Below are positions 23,557 through 36,256 of a stretch of 64,000 bases of DNA, piece by piece. The DNA comes from Raillietiella orientalis (Eukaryota), in assembly GCA_036172245.1 (NCBI GenBank), contig JAYWIR010000057.1, forward strand, positions 620,001-684,000, read 5' to 3'. The notes beneath the pieces are model-generated. The model was not told where the DNA came from. It did no database searches and worked only from the letters and a program-made list of their open reading frames with translations. The translations under genes and the position numbers were made by a program. Position 1 is the stretch's first letter. The number at the start of each line of letters is the position of its first letter.

Positions 23557-26368
23557 GTGAGTACTGTCACCTTTGGTACAAGCGGTTGGTCCCAGCAATG
23601 TGCTGTCGACTGACTTTGTACGTGCAATCCCTCGGGAAAAAATCGAAAACGCTCGATTTGTGTTCAGAGAGGAAGTGTCCTCTCCATCTTCGATACGGAA
23701 GATCGAGGGGTACATTGGAGCGTGCGGCACGTAGATGTTTGGAAATACCTCCCGTCCGTGTAGCTGTCAGCTGAAACTTCCAAGCGCTCAGCTGTGAGAA
23801 AATCGTCACGGTCTTTCACTTTTTCGGCTCCAGACATTCTGTAGATCCACGCGAAAGGCGATGTAACAACATGCATCGGCTTGTCCCTTGAGTCTCTGCA
23901 ACTGAAAAACGGAATCAAGCTTTAATTAGCTGCCAAAATTAACTGCTGACAGTCGATATGAATGGAATCCGTTGCCAACATTTATGTCCTTTCAGCCTTG
24001 CCAAAGATTTATTATCTTTCTGAGTACCACAAGCAAAGAATTCCGAATGTCCTATACTCAGCGACAAGGCTGAATACCAAGGAAAAGCTAAGATGCTCTT
24101 CTAACGAAAGTGCAACGTCCGGTCTGACATGCCCATTCAGGTAGAGCAGCCCCACGATGCATGTGCGCGCTCCATCACGCGGGACCATCTCGTGAATTCG
24201 ACGCAAGATTGAAGAATAGTTACCTTTCCTGCTGAGAGATGGCCCAGCCAACTCGTGTTGCCGATACTCCCTGTGATCCATAATCTGATCTGATCTCTGC
24301 TGGTTGAGCAGACAGCATGTGCTCGCCATGATTGTACGCACGACCGCCTCTGGAACTGTAGTCAAGCGGCATGGTTATGGGAAGATCAGGAACACCCAAC
24401 TTTCGTGCAACGACAGCTGCGATGTTCACAATCAATCGTTCTCCACTCAATCGTGAATGTGGTCTCGTTGATGCTCCCACGTCACGTTGGAAATGTTCTG
24501 AGGGAATATCCGGGATTCTCTGGATGCCAGCGAAGCGTTTCAGGCCTTTCGTGAAGATGAATGTATCGGTCAGGTTGCTGCTAGGAGTCCGTGTACACGC
24601 TGCTGAAATGTGTTGCTTCTTGAAACTTCTGTAGCCGCTTCTGTAACCATCGTAGCCCTACGTATAGTAAGTTCCATGAAAATAGATCGATGTTGAAGCG
24701 CCTCCGAAGAGAGACGGAAACACTATCGATGCCGTTTCAGCTATTCTTTTTTTCTTTCAAGAGCATTTCGCGAAGACGAAGCCTTGGTTCAAGGACAGTC
24801 ATCCCAGAAGGTACCTCCATTTCGAATCTCACTGCGTGGGCCCTTATTTTCCCCGAGTGGCTCTTAAGAGGTGCTTTCATGGATATCTGCGACCTTTCTA
24901 TTCGATCGCTTGCACTGTGCTGTTCTTGGGACCTCTTCGAATTTGTTTTCCTTGTGCTTTCGAATATCACATCGCGGTAGTGCAGCGAGCTTTACCTTGG
25001 AGGAGTGTATTATAGTGCGTCCACACATATACACTCGCCAGCAGACAGGCATATCTGTACACACACGCATACTTCCAACGCTTATAAATATGATATTCAT
25101 GCGTACTCCGAACTCCCCTTGAGTAAACAGGTGATGACCATTTCCATTCGCGCATGCATACGCATATGTTTAGCATAGCAACAGATGGTCGCACATCCCT
25201 TCATGCAGATAAACGCATCCGTTGCTGCTCATGCGAATACGTGCGCTTTATGTGCCTTTGCTTCATCTGTGGCCTCAGTGCTGTTGTCCGCATGCGTTTT
25301 TTTTTCTTCTTCCGTGAAACTGAAAGCTGTGTTTGGCTCACGTGAAGAAATGGTAAGGAATGATGGAGGAAACCCTGCCGCATCTTCCTGAAGGAAGATG
25401 CCATTCCCATGTAGGCTTTTCCGGATGACTTTTGCGCATCATTCCGGCAGTGGTTCTGCACCTCGTTCCAAGTGCGCGAGCGGCATGTTTTCAGCGTGGA
25501 AAATTAGACGGTGATGCGCATGCAAATGCATTGTGCCCCATCCTTCTGTCTTCAGGTGACCTACCACTCGCTGAAAGATGCCAGCAGGTACGACAGCAGA
25601 ATTCCTCCGATCACCCGTCTTTCGTTTTCCAGCCAAGCGCAAAACTCACCGAAGTCGTTTTGCTCCAAGAGCCATTTTAAGAAGTGCTTTCCGATTTCAA
25701 AGGGAGACCTCGAAAAGGAAAGCTACTGGCGGCCGCAACATCCATGCAGTAATCTTAACGAATGTGGCTAACTGAAGCTCCAAAGCAGGTCCAACGGCTG
25801 GACGCTGAGGCACGTGAAGAATTGTATGGTGGAATAAAGGAAGAAAGAAATGAATAAATAGCGAAGTACTCTTGAATTGGGGTCTGAGAGAGGAACGTTC
25901 GCGAAAGTGGCGCCTTCCACAGCGATGACCCCCTTCGCTCAAGCGGGCTCGTTTTCTGCGGGAAAAAGGGATTCTTCCGCACAGCGAACTTGAAGTGAAG
26001 ATGGAAAAGCAGCATCCTACTGCGGTTCCAGCCCAATTCCTTAAAATGTACTGCATGTTTTTCGTCTGTTGCAGAGGTCTCGTTGCTGTTTTCAAGTGGA
26101 AAACGACGAATCAGAACCGGGAACTTTGAAGGGACCCCGGCAACGAAGGTGACCGAATCTCGCAGGAGAGAAGTCTGATGTTTCAATAGCTCTCATTTCT
26201 TACCGAGAATGCGAGGTTCCAACTTGGAACAGAAATCAAAAGAGAGGGCTCAGCAGGCTCTGATGAGTGATCAGTGCGAACCTCCCCTTTCGATTGGTAC
26301 ATGGGATGACGTTGAAAATAGATGAATGGGCAAGTCTCCACCCATCTTCCTATCCTGTCATTTGGATT

Positions 26369-26412
26369 GAATTGGTCTCCATACGTCTTCGAATTGGTCT
26401 CCATACGTCTTC
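26369..26412. repeat. perfect 22-bp tandem duplication
   Basis: GAATTGGTCTCCATACGTCTTC occurs twice, back to back. Confidence 0.92.
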
Positions 26413-28664
26413 CTCAGATCCTATTCTTCCTTTTAAGGATGTCTGGTGTTTCCGGTACGCAACCCGGGAATGCCGTATGGGCCAATACACCACCATTTCC
26501 TTCCTGGTGTTACACTCCGCCTGCTTCCGGGGAATTTCCAGTTTCCCGCACTCCAAGATCCCGGAGGTGCCACTGCAATCTCTCTTGCAATAGTGGGCAC
26601 CCTTTGGGAAAAGAAGTGAGAACTTGTTCTCCTTCTTCCTGCCTCCTTTAGCGCTGTTGATGGATGAGGGACAAGTGACATCCACTGTGACTGTCTCCCG
26701 TCTCCCTGCAGCAGCAAATATGGCTTTGGATTGGATCAGTCACCCGGAACACTCTGGTTGGAGGCTGCCAAACCCCAGAGTGTTTCGACTTATGACCAAG
26801 CGGCTTACCGCTTGGTCATCAGGAGTCTTTGTAATGAAACGTCCGAAAATCACGGAAAGCTCTGAAGAGAAGAGACTGTGGTGAAGAGAAGATGGTAGCA
26901 GTCCCCCTCTTCGTCTGTTTTCTCGTTTCTTAGCTCATCTTTTCGAAATCTGAAGCATGCAAGAAATTGTGGTAGTTTTCGGTTTGTTCGTTTTTAAATG
27001 AGTCTTTATGTGCCCTTTGTTACCAGAGTTACCGGTGCTGCATGTCAAACACAAACCAGGGAGAGAGAAACCGCTTTGGAAGCAGGGAGCCTCGGAAAGA
27101 GCGACCTCTCTTCGTGAGGACCTGACCGTGCCATTAGGCTCTCAGAAATTTGTTGATTCCACCGCATGAACCTCCTGTTCGCGGTTGCTCCTCGATGAGT
27201 TTCATAGTGTTCTCAGGACGCAACACATCCGCGACAAGAACTGCAAGGTGGGTTTTTGCTCCACTTGAAGCTCACACGGATGATTTGAGCACAGTCAAAA
27301 TTTTGAGTGAAAGTTTCAATTCCAAACAGTCAAACTCGGAGACGTGATCCCGGAATTCCACAAACACCTCAACGTGCGTTTTCTCCCCTTCCCTCCCCTT
27401 CCCTTCCGGTTGCAGGGAGTCTGGCGGGTGTTCGGGGAAGTGGGGAGGTGCCGGAGAATGAGCATCTGAGGCGGAAGGACGGCAACCAAACTGAGGGATT
27501 TCATAGCACTCCAGACGGTGGCGACCTCTCGACAAGAGATTTTGGAACACCCTGAAATGCCGAACACGATGGAGAGATGAATTCTGAAGATGGAAATGAT
27601 GGAGATGATGGAAATGGAGCAGAAATTTCTTTAACCGGTGCCACTCCTACCTGATTGCTTTGGCCTGCCGCGCTTTGACCAGCATCACAAAGAGGCCGCT
27701 TGGGGGCAGGGGCGTGTGAATGTCCTTGTCCTGAAACGAGCTTTTCCTCCTCAGACGCGATGCTGGTCTTCCTGGAGGATCAACCCTTTGATGACGAAGG
27801 ACACAGCGAACTTTCAACGACTTTCCTCGACCGGAAGGGCGCTGCCTGATCCGGAAACAAAGCAACCCTCAATGCTGCAGGAACCCCTTGTAGGTGGGGG
27901 GGACGGAGGAAGAAACGACTGTTTGCAGGAGGACGATTCGTCTACCTCAGCGCTTGGCGAATAGGGAAACGTCCTGTTGATCCTGAAGGTTTGGAAAACA
28001 GAGTCCTCAGCGTGTTGATCCTCAGCGTGAGAGCTGCTTCTTATTCTGAAGCAGGGATCTCAGCAACTTTCAAGACAAGCTCAAAGCATGACCACAGGGA
28101 CTTCTGGGCATGAGTAAATCTTATTCTTTGCTTATCGTTTCCTCACTTTGTGTGCACGTCACGTCAATCCGATTTCTTTCACCATGTGGGGGACCCTCGT
28201 GGGACTCCGAGTGAGGTGCAGCTTGGGAAGGATACTAGGCTGATTCAGCAAAGTTCACGTGTACAGCATCCTTTCAAGAATTCCGTGGGACCTTCCATTT
28301 CACCGCGAAGAGAATTTCGCTCCGCGGATGAGGCGTTACGCCGCTTCAAGGTCACCTCTTCGAATCCAACCCGATTTGCTTTCCATGCTTTCCGTTCGCT
28401 GCCTCGTTCTCCGGGATACGGGGGCTGCGAACCAGATCTCCGGAATTCCCAAATCGTGAGGTGGGTTCGCTTGGTGGATTGAAGAGTCTCAGATAGACGC
28501 GGGTTCAACCTCCCTCAGATGTTGCCGAACATTGGGAACATGGAGCGAATCCTGCTTGCCTCTGTCATCCGTAGAAAGCTTCAGAGAAATGCGTTTCGAA
28601 AACAAACGCACGCAAGTGGTTTCTGGGGAACACCTAAAGCTCATTAATCAGAGCTGCTCCTGCC

Positions 28665-29390
28665 GCAATGATGGAAATCCTTTCGCTTCTTCTGTTTTGC
28701 TGTTTTCCTTCCAGCTTTTTTTTTAAGGGTGTTCCAAGTAGGGACTTGCAAAGCTCTTTGACGCTGTCCACGCCACCCGAGGGTGCGTGTGACTCTTCAA
28801 GTTAGGGGGTGATCCCATATAGACCACCCCATGAGTCCAGGGAGGCTTCGAAGGAAGAACACTTTTTCCTTTTAGGCTTGGAACTGAACTCCGAAGAAAA
28901 GCCTCACCCTAGTTGTCTTCGGAAAGACCCCCCAGAGAAGGCCACTCCTCACTTCTCCGGAAGGAACCCTCAAGGAAACCGCTCCTTGTTTACTCCTCTT
29001 AAGAGCAGCGCGCTTCTTACGTTCTAGAAAGGCGACCCCCCATGGGAGTATTAACCAGCTCCACGGTACGCGATGGAGGGTCCCCGTTCCCCCCAAGGGG
29101 GAACGGCTTGATTTTCACAGCTGGAGGGAAACTACGAAGGGAACCGGTGCTCCTTGATTCCTGGAAGGATTACAGTGGGTCAACTTCCAACTTCGGCCAA
29201 TCGACGAGGGCATCCGGTTTCCGGCTTCCGCCATTGCCGCATCCGAACCCAGCATCATCTTGCGGGGGGAGGGGACTCATAAGCCACGATGCACCTATTT
29301 CTCGGCATCTATCCTTCCCCGGGTGGGATGCGAGCCCGCGACGCTAGGTGCTGAGCGGAGGGCGCAGCCTCACGGCCGCCAACGCGAGCT
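28665..29390 (-). mobile_element. SINE-like family A, near full-length copy
   Basis: AAGCTCTTTGACGCTGTCCACGCCACCCGAGGGTGCG (28751-28787) is the reverse complement of the tail; GCAGCCTCACGGCCGCCAACGCG (~29364-29386) is the reverse complement of the head. Confidence 0.82.
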
Positions 29391-29519
29391 GAGGTCAGCC
29401 GCATGAGCACGACAGCAGTGAAAGATAATACGACAAGCAGAGCATCCTTAAATCTTGAACATTCCACCGCGGGGAGAGATGCGATGTGTCACGGACGCTC
29501 TCCGGATGGGGGTTGCTTC

Positions 29520-29812
29520 TGTGACATAAACTGGAGGGCAACCCCAAAGCTCCGAGACTACTGGAAGGACCACGAGGGTCTGCTCCTGACTCCGGCTAGT
29601 CAGTGGCGGTACGGCGGTCTCCGATGCGCTCACAGCCGTTGCTCCAGTGCCGCATCAAAGTCCGTGGGCCGACCAACGTCCTGCGGGGACACTCGAAAGC
29701 ACCCATTCTCGGAGTGGATTCTTCACTGGGGAATTCGAACTCGCGACGCTTGGTGTCACTCGTGGCAGCTGTAGTCACGAGGAAGCTGCAGCCACACGGT
29801 CACCGACCCAAG
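29520..29812 (-). mobile_element. SINE-like family A, short diverged copy (head and partial body)
   Basis: The reverse strand reads CACCAAGCGTCGCGAGTTCGAATTCCCC (B-box region) preceded by GGTGACCGTGTGGCTGC, like the heads at 8111 and 63864. Confidence 0.62.
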
Positions 29813-29839
29813 TCCAGCATGAAGCCAGATGCTCAGGAT

Positions 29840-30110
29840 CCAGGAAACGCTGCACCAATCGGGCATCTTTTGAAACTTCCATTCGTTGCGAGTTTTTCCC
29901 GGGACTTCAGAGGGAACTGCGGATCTCCCCTACAAATTGTTCCCGTAACCCCAATTACGCAGATCGCTCCCAACTTTTGGTCTTCCTGTCCGCGACTTCC
30001 GAGAACATAAGACCCAGTTCTTCTCAGCACGAATGATAGTGGCACGGGGCTCTCTGATCCGGAAGAATTTTTATCTGTCAATTCGAGTGCCAGGGGCAAA
30101 ATTTGTTTCG
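29840..30110 (+). pseudogene. degenerate EGF-like repeats (putative Fat-type remnant)
   Basis: RCTNRASFETSIRCEFFPGLQRELRISPTNCSRNP (29840-29955), then FICQ / ARGKIC split across two frames (~30070-30106). Similar remnants lie at ~28405-28435 (SPGYGGCE) and ~32124-32170 (CLRSCRLGRRTSECR). Several cysteines are lost. Confidence 0.4.
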
Positions 30111-30184
30111 GTTCGCCTTCAAGCTCGACCAGCCGGCTCAGAACGGTGCCGGTGGGCGTGGGCTCAGAACACATCAACGGCTGC

Positions 30185-31265
30185 CGTAAGGAGTCTACAA
30201 ACTAGAAAAGCTTCAGGGGCAATCTTGAAGCTAAAGGGAGGTTCTTGGAAGGAATCCACGGAGCTGCTGTTAAAGTGGAAGGGATTGAAACGCTGCCGCT
30301 GGTATGTCCACAGGTTCGTATACCCAGCAACATTGCTCTTAAGGGAACCATCAGTAAAGTTCGACGAAAGCTTCCCAGAGAGAAGAGTATCTTCCATCAA
30401 AAAACGTGCAGCCGAGAAAGGAACATGGAGATGAGGAAGCATCCTTTCTCTTTGCAGCTTGCATAAATACGGAGAGAAAACGGGAAGGTGGAAGCTTAAT
30501 TCAGGAGGCAACTGCACCCTCCGAGGTTTCGGATGGGAGAGGAAACTCGAGAGGCGCGCGCTCGTTCGTCAGCTCTGTCGCCACTTTGTCCTCATCTCAA
30601 ACCTGGATCTTCCCTTCCCACAGGAGAACCGAAATCCCGCGTTGTCAGCTCGAGAGGGCAAAAGCCCACCTCTCGTCCCGTGTCACATTCCTCGAACCGC
30701 TCGCATCACTTACGGAAGCCTGCACCCAGAACCACCACCTCTTTCCGTTCGGAAGGAAAGTATTTGGAACAGACGAAAACGCCACCGCTGGGCTCTCGGG
30801 TTTCCGCTCGTGTAAATCAGACGCAGGTCCGATCGGTTGGTGAGGCGCAAAAAAAAAAAAAAAAAAAGGAAAGAAAGGAAAACGTCCGATGCTTCCCAGT
30901 CGCACAAAAAAAAAAAAAAAAAAAAAAACGACGGTTTCGAACCGAAATCGAGGGGAAAATAAATAAAAAAAAAATTCCAAAAAAAATTTTTCGGATTCCT
31001 GCCTTTTCCAGACAACGCGGGAAGGAGGAAGCTAGGTGGGCTTGTTTTCCGAGGGATCCTGAGGGCACGGATGGATGCCGGGATACAATTCTTGCGAGCC
31101 ATCTCAGAAGGAGCGCCTGTTTCTGGAGTCATTCCTCTTATTGGACTTTGGACGTGCAGGGTTGCCGATCTCACCGCTTGCTAACTCCAGTCGCTTTCCT
31201 GGATTCTCGGCATCTCCTGTGGGCTCGGCCTTGATCATACATTTGAACGCCCTGGTGGTCCCGCG
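30185..31265 (+). pseudogene. degenerate Laminin-G-like domain pieces (putative Fat-type remnant)
   Basis: VRSLQTRKASGAILKLKGGSWKESTELLLKWKG (cf. FxTxxxxGxLL), EVSDGRG at ~30523 (cf. VxDGxWH) and RFPGFS...IIHLNALVVP at ~31192-31263 (cf. GFxGCI..LNG), in the expected order. Confidence 0.38.
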
Positions 31266-34200
31266 AAGCTGTCTGCCAGGCCTGGTCGGTTCACATCAGT
31301 AGTTCAGTGAAAGGCGACTGAACTTGCTCGCGATTCCCTTGCTGCTTACCCCCGCTGCAAGAGCAGAGGAGAATGAGGTCAGATCAACGAAGCAAAAGAA
31401 TCCTGCTATGCGCGGAAAAGGGAAAAGTTAAACGAAACAGTCAGAAGGTTCAAAGGGAAGTTTAAACAGGGAAGATGAAATGCAAGCGTGAGAAGCAGCT
31501 CTTGGGGAGATCTCTGTTTGCAATCCAGGAAGAACTTTGACATCAAAATCAGGTCATGCAACTCGATGTGACCTTGTAAACGCTTTATGGCCACTTTCAT
31601 CATTTACTGCATGTTGTATTTTGACTTTACCCATCCAAGATTGCTGGCATTTCATGATTGAATCCATTTCTAATTAGACGAGGCTAATGAAACCTAGCAG
31701 CATTTTGGGATGATTAGGACTTCACTAACGAACACCATATTTCTCCGGGTTGGAGTTCGACCAGGTCTGCATCGGACGGAGGGTATGAGGTCAACTATAA
31801 TAACGTTTATTTTTATCGCATCTCTTGAGCCTTTAAGAGTTGAGTTGCAGTGGTCGTGACCTGCCCTGCTGAAGCAGATGGGCTGCCTAAAAGGAAGCCA
31901 TGCCATCTCGAGATGAGATGAAGATTTTCCCTCTCTCTGCTCAGGATTAGTGGAGGTTCACCTTCGATGCATCCGAATGATAACTCAGGCGGTCGATCTT
32001 CTGTTTTCGCTGTAAGCAAAGGAAAGCAGTCATGGAACGTCGAGAGAAAATTACAAAAGGGGTAGGTGTAAGGTGGATAAAAAGGGACGAAAGTGTAGTG
32101 GGCACCCTGTCCTCACATGAAGGTGCCTTCGCAGCTGTCGGCTAGGCCGCAGGACCTCTGAATGCCGACACTCACTCGCAGTTCACGCGGAAGAGTCACA
32201 AGGCTAGAAGCTCGTGTCAGACGCAGGACCGAGGTGTTGGTAATCCCGTTTCCAACGCGATCCTCGCCGTTGAAAGCATTGTGACATTCGGTGCATGATG
32301 CAGACCTCCTCACTGTCCAAACCACGTGAATGTGCAACTTCACTCGTGCTCATGACGCCATCTTGAACACATGGGCTGCTGGTCAGAACTCGCCAAAAAT
32401 ATGCACCGCAGAAAAAGGACTTTCGCTTGAAGACGTGGTCATCCATTTTCCGAGGTTTTCTATGCCATCTCGAACGAGAACAAATCTCTGGAATTCGAAG
32501 GTCAAGGAGTCATAAAATATCGTTGCATAATTGCCAATGTGCATACAATTCAGCGTGCAAAAATCTTACTTTCTAAAGGCAAAGAGAGATTCGTCGGATA
32601 ATGAGTCCTTGCTTTGGTTTTCCCTCTCCGAGAAAGCCCCCCAAAATGAAACTTTTGTTCACGCGTGGACACCCCAAAACACCTGAAATCCACGTGGGGA
32701 TCCCCACCGTAAACTTCCTTGCGCAGCCATTCTAAGCTGCGAAGCTGTTCCCCCCACTCTGTTCCATCCGAAATGGATCGTGCCAAGACCGAAACTGCAG
32801 CACGCCTACGCACAAGATGGCGATTTCCTCGATAACGAAGGAAGGGAGTGGCAGGAAACACGTCCTCATCCATCGAAGAACGTTTTCGAAGCTGCAAGAA
32901 GCCTACGACCCCTCCGGATGATCATTTCCGACCTTTTTGCTCTCAAACCAAAGATCCGGAGATGTGAGGAACGAGGAACTCCACGGCACTCGAAAAACCA
33001 CGCCTTTGCAACTCGGTCTTCCGGTCTCTTGTTGTGCTTTCCCAACACGGAAGCTGAGCTGAGCTCGCAATGAAAACTGATGTGAAAACTGTGAAACCGG
33101 ATGTGCCCCGTTTGTCCTGCCGCTCATAGTCAGACGCATGCGCTGATCGCCTATGGGATAGAATCCCCTCTCCTTTCGGTGGAAGCGGATCGGGTGGCAG
33201 GAATCCTGGAAGACCGCGGGCAGGAGTGAGGGAAAAACTACCACGTTCCGGGTGTTCCAACTTATCCAATGAGAAATTCGGGAACACACGTTTCCCATAA
33301 CATTGGGACATCTTCGCTTCGGCGCATTGCGAAAGGCTCTTACAGCCATTTCGTCGGCATTCCGAAGGGGGAAATGCACGATAACCTTCGCCTATGCTAA
33401 TCGAAAATCGTACAGGAGAACGTGGGACAGTAATTCCATCAAGTGGACCGAGTGTCACCATGGTTTCCAGCAGTATATTTACGTGTCACCGAGCTTCTGA
33501 CAGCCTCGAGTTTGACTTTAGATAGCTGAAGATAAGAGGTGAGCCAACATCACTTATTCTCAGAGACTCCAATCGCCTAGATATGTTTGGGGGGAAGCAG
33601 GGAAGGAGGGATCTCCCCTAAGCTTTTGGCGCGGAGATCCCAACGATGCTGAGCAGGCAGAAAGCACTTGAAATACAAACCGGTAGTCTGGGCTGCGCCA
33701 GCTAGGCAAATCATGGGAGATTTCCCATCATTTCCAGATCTTGAAGACATTTCGTTGACATGACGGGAGGTGGCGGCAATGCGACAACACAGTTTTGCAG
33801 ACTGTTGATCCGAAAATCATTTAAGGACGTTTTCCTGCAGTTCCCGTTTGCTGCCAAGTTTTCCATGGCGATCACTTACGAAAGGCCACTTCGAAAGGAC
33901 CTTCGTGGCGGGAGTATTGCACGACTGCAATCCTCCCCGTTCTGAAGGATGCTGAACGGACAGATTCAAGCAAGGAATTATTGACAAGCAATTGGGACTC
34001 GTCTGAGGTTGCATAAAGGAAGGAGAACTCCAGAGTCTTAAGCTTCATCTGAAATTATGGAAGGTCGTAAAAAGGATTCGGATAGATTTTATCCAAGAAA
34101 TACCTCCTCCTTTGGATGCTGGTGCCTTAGGGTTTGACCCATAGTGAAACATGTACATTTCAACGTACATGCTTAAGAACTTCCAAACTTCAGCAGGTGG

Positions 34201-36074
34201 TGTCCTTTAAAATATGTATGCATTAACAAGCACAATCTCGAAACGAAGAATTCACTGCTCTTCCTTCTCGTTACGGATGCACGCTCGGACGACGCTGTTG
34301 ATGGGGTTATGAAGGGAAATGTGAAACTCCTGTATTCTGGATGCAAACAGTTCAGAAGAGGCGAGACCATTCCTCAACTGGTTCTCGTGGGTTTACGGCC
34401 TCCGACCTGCTGGAAGGTTTCACGTGGAGGATGCAGGGCGAGGGATGGACTTCAAGCCGGTCGCTTGAAGTCATCAACTCGAGAACCGCACGTGAAGTCC
34501 GAATCAGAAAGGTGAACCTGACTTCGCTGCTGAGGTTGCTCCGGACGGTGCGTTTCCTGGGCCGTGCAGTTTCGTTTCGTCAGAACGTCCGGCCTGACAA
34601 GCCCCACCTGCTTCGCTCGCCCTCTTTCCACAGGCTGCGGAGCCAGCAGTTGCTTTCCTTCCACTTCTTTTGTAGCTAGAATCGGCATCTGGGATATCAC
34701 CGCCGTGCCACGGTAATCACCCACCCACGTCACTCCCCATAGCTTCATGGTGTCACGATGGGATGCAGTGCATTTTTTTTTTTTTTTTTGGCTGTTCTTT
34801 TAGAATATTCCGTTTATTTTACTCATCATCAGTTGAGTCGCTGTCTGCTGAATGGGGTGTAGGTTGTAGGTGCATGCAGCCTGCTTCACGCAGTACTGGG
34901 TGCACCCACCATCACGTGATTTCGCCATCACATCAGAGTGCCTATCAGAAGTGGCGCTTTTAATCTCTCATTCCCGTGCATAATGGGTAGAGAGCCTGTG
35001 GATCAACTTGCGATAAGATAATGCTGGAAAGTGTGCAGGCGCGCAAGCGTGCACACGGAACGCGACCAACTCTTGAAACACCAGCGTGGACGTGATTGCA
35101 GTGGATTCGCGGACGCAGTTGGGCAGGCAAAGCGCGCTCTGCTGCGATCGACATTTCCAAGAAAGCACTCTTCGAAACGAATGGTCCAGACTCGAAGCAC
35201 TCCATCACGGATGCGTGCACTTCTTTTCCCTGTTCCTCTTGCACAGCGCCTTTCAGAATGTCACGCAGCAGTATACCGATCCGACGGCGTCATCTTCAGA
35301 TTGCGAAACTTCCATGTTTGGAGTCAAGGTTCTTGCTGGACAAGCAGCAAAAGCCTCCTCCCATTCCAGGAATGCCAAAGTACTCTGCCGTTTACCATGG
35401 TGATCAGCACGGGTAAATCGAAAAACAAACTCAGACAATGGTGGCATCTTGCGGTTTCGTTTTCAACTTTTCTTTGATTTAACCTAATGAATGGATTTTT
35501 TTTTTTTTTGGGGGGGGGGGGAGAGAAGGAAACCAAATTGTTCGTTTTCATCGGAGAGAGGATGCGGGACTTTTCGTGCGAACGGTCTTCAGCGTGTTTT
35601 GTTTTGTTTTTTCGAATGCTGGTTGCTTGGAGCAGTGTTGCTATATCGAGGACAAGCCTCAAAAATCTTTAAAAGGAATTTTCAGACTTTCCCATCTTTC
35701 CGAAGGATCGTGAGACCCGTGATCTTGCGCATGTGATGGGCGCAAAGCGTTCCGTGTTGCAGAGCAGCTTCACAAAAGATAAGGGTTCCTGAAAGGGGAA
35801 TTAAACGTGCCGGAATCTTTTTCTTCTACTGCGCCTGAAGGAACGTTTCGTATCCCCCGCGAGCTTCCTCTCATCAGAATAGCACACAACTCGTGATCCC
35901 TATAAGACTTTCGACAAAGAAAACACCCCTCGGCGATGAATCTCCCAGTTCGTTGCACAGAGTCCGTGTGCCTCGAGTGATTGCAACCACCATTGGTCGA
36001 TGGAAGGGTGGCTCTTTTAGCAATGAAGGAAATACATAAATATCTATAATTATGAATATTTTGCTAGAATAAAT

Positions 36075-36077
<3 letters not shown>

Positions 36078-36106
<29 letters not shown>
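36078..36106. repeat. (CT)n microsatellite downstream of the hh stop (presumed 3' UTR)
   Basis: About 14 uninterrupted TC units. Confidence 0.9.
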
Positions 36107-36112
<6 letters not shown>

Positions 36113-36256
36113 GAGCTAACAAGGAACTTGCTCTCCATAGAGACTCCTACGGAAGACATAACAGGAAGGAATGTTGATCATTCTTTTGGGTGGGGTGGGG
36201 TGGGTGGGATGTCTCCGCCATCTCTGAATAAATACAAATTTCGATAACTCCCGTCG

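Larger units (their letters stand above)
841..32300 (+). pseudogene. putative decayed giant cadherin (Fat-type: many EC repeats, then EGF-like and LamG-like domains); boundaries approximate
   Basis: Plus-strand fragments resembling cadherin repeat strands occur in order: RIDPDRWHRKVQDWEFFQLSL (~1033-1101), FQPSGDLSVTSAFVLSEEKSHIFKI (1606-1680), GEFNLNSDGSVSVHSK (~2258-2305), LFVIILVHHPNSLTPSF (~4208-4258), TFVIDASI/AFVVRGLLPFEHEK (frameshift at ~5008), GDFNTDADFGTIEV*ENL* (5172-5228), GQYLYLLSAEPHLYLMAPPSGDLEQILPV (~11599-11685), EDLGLFAPIFPGTAREYMVLE (14694-14756), GSVSGTGSNAVL..TLRTDGAADRE (~19025-19103), EVLDYGTLTRKNKTRLELLAT (~20258-20320), LLVHVAGDQAARPCFQHHQFVLEL (23433-23556), KYGFGLDQSPGTLWLE..YDQAAYRLVI (~26715-26820). 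EGF- and LamG-like remnants follow at 28.4-32.3 kb. By-eye matches only. Confidence 0.55.

Noticed and set aside
26255..26290. Hammerhead ribozyme (CTGATGAG...CGAA)
   Set aside because: GAAC instead of GAAA, and no convincing stem II or flanking helices.
26369..26412. CRISPR-like repeat
   Set aside because: Only two abutting copies with no spacer, in eukaryotic DNA; a simple tandem duplication.
27416..27660. Selenocysteine or readthrough at the TGA between two acidic stretches (..DFGTP*NAEHDGEMNSEDG..)
   Set aside because: No SECIS or redox motif seen; more simply another stop in decayed or low-complexity sequence.
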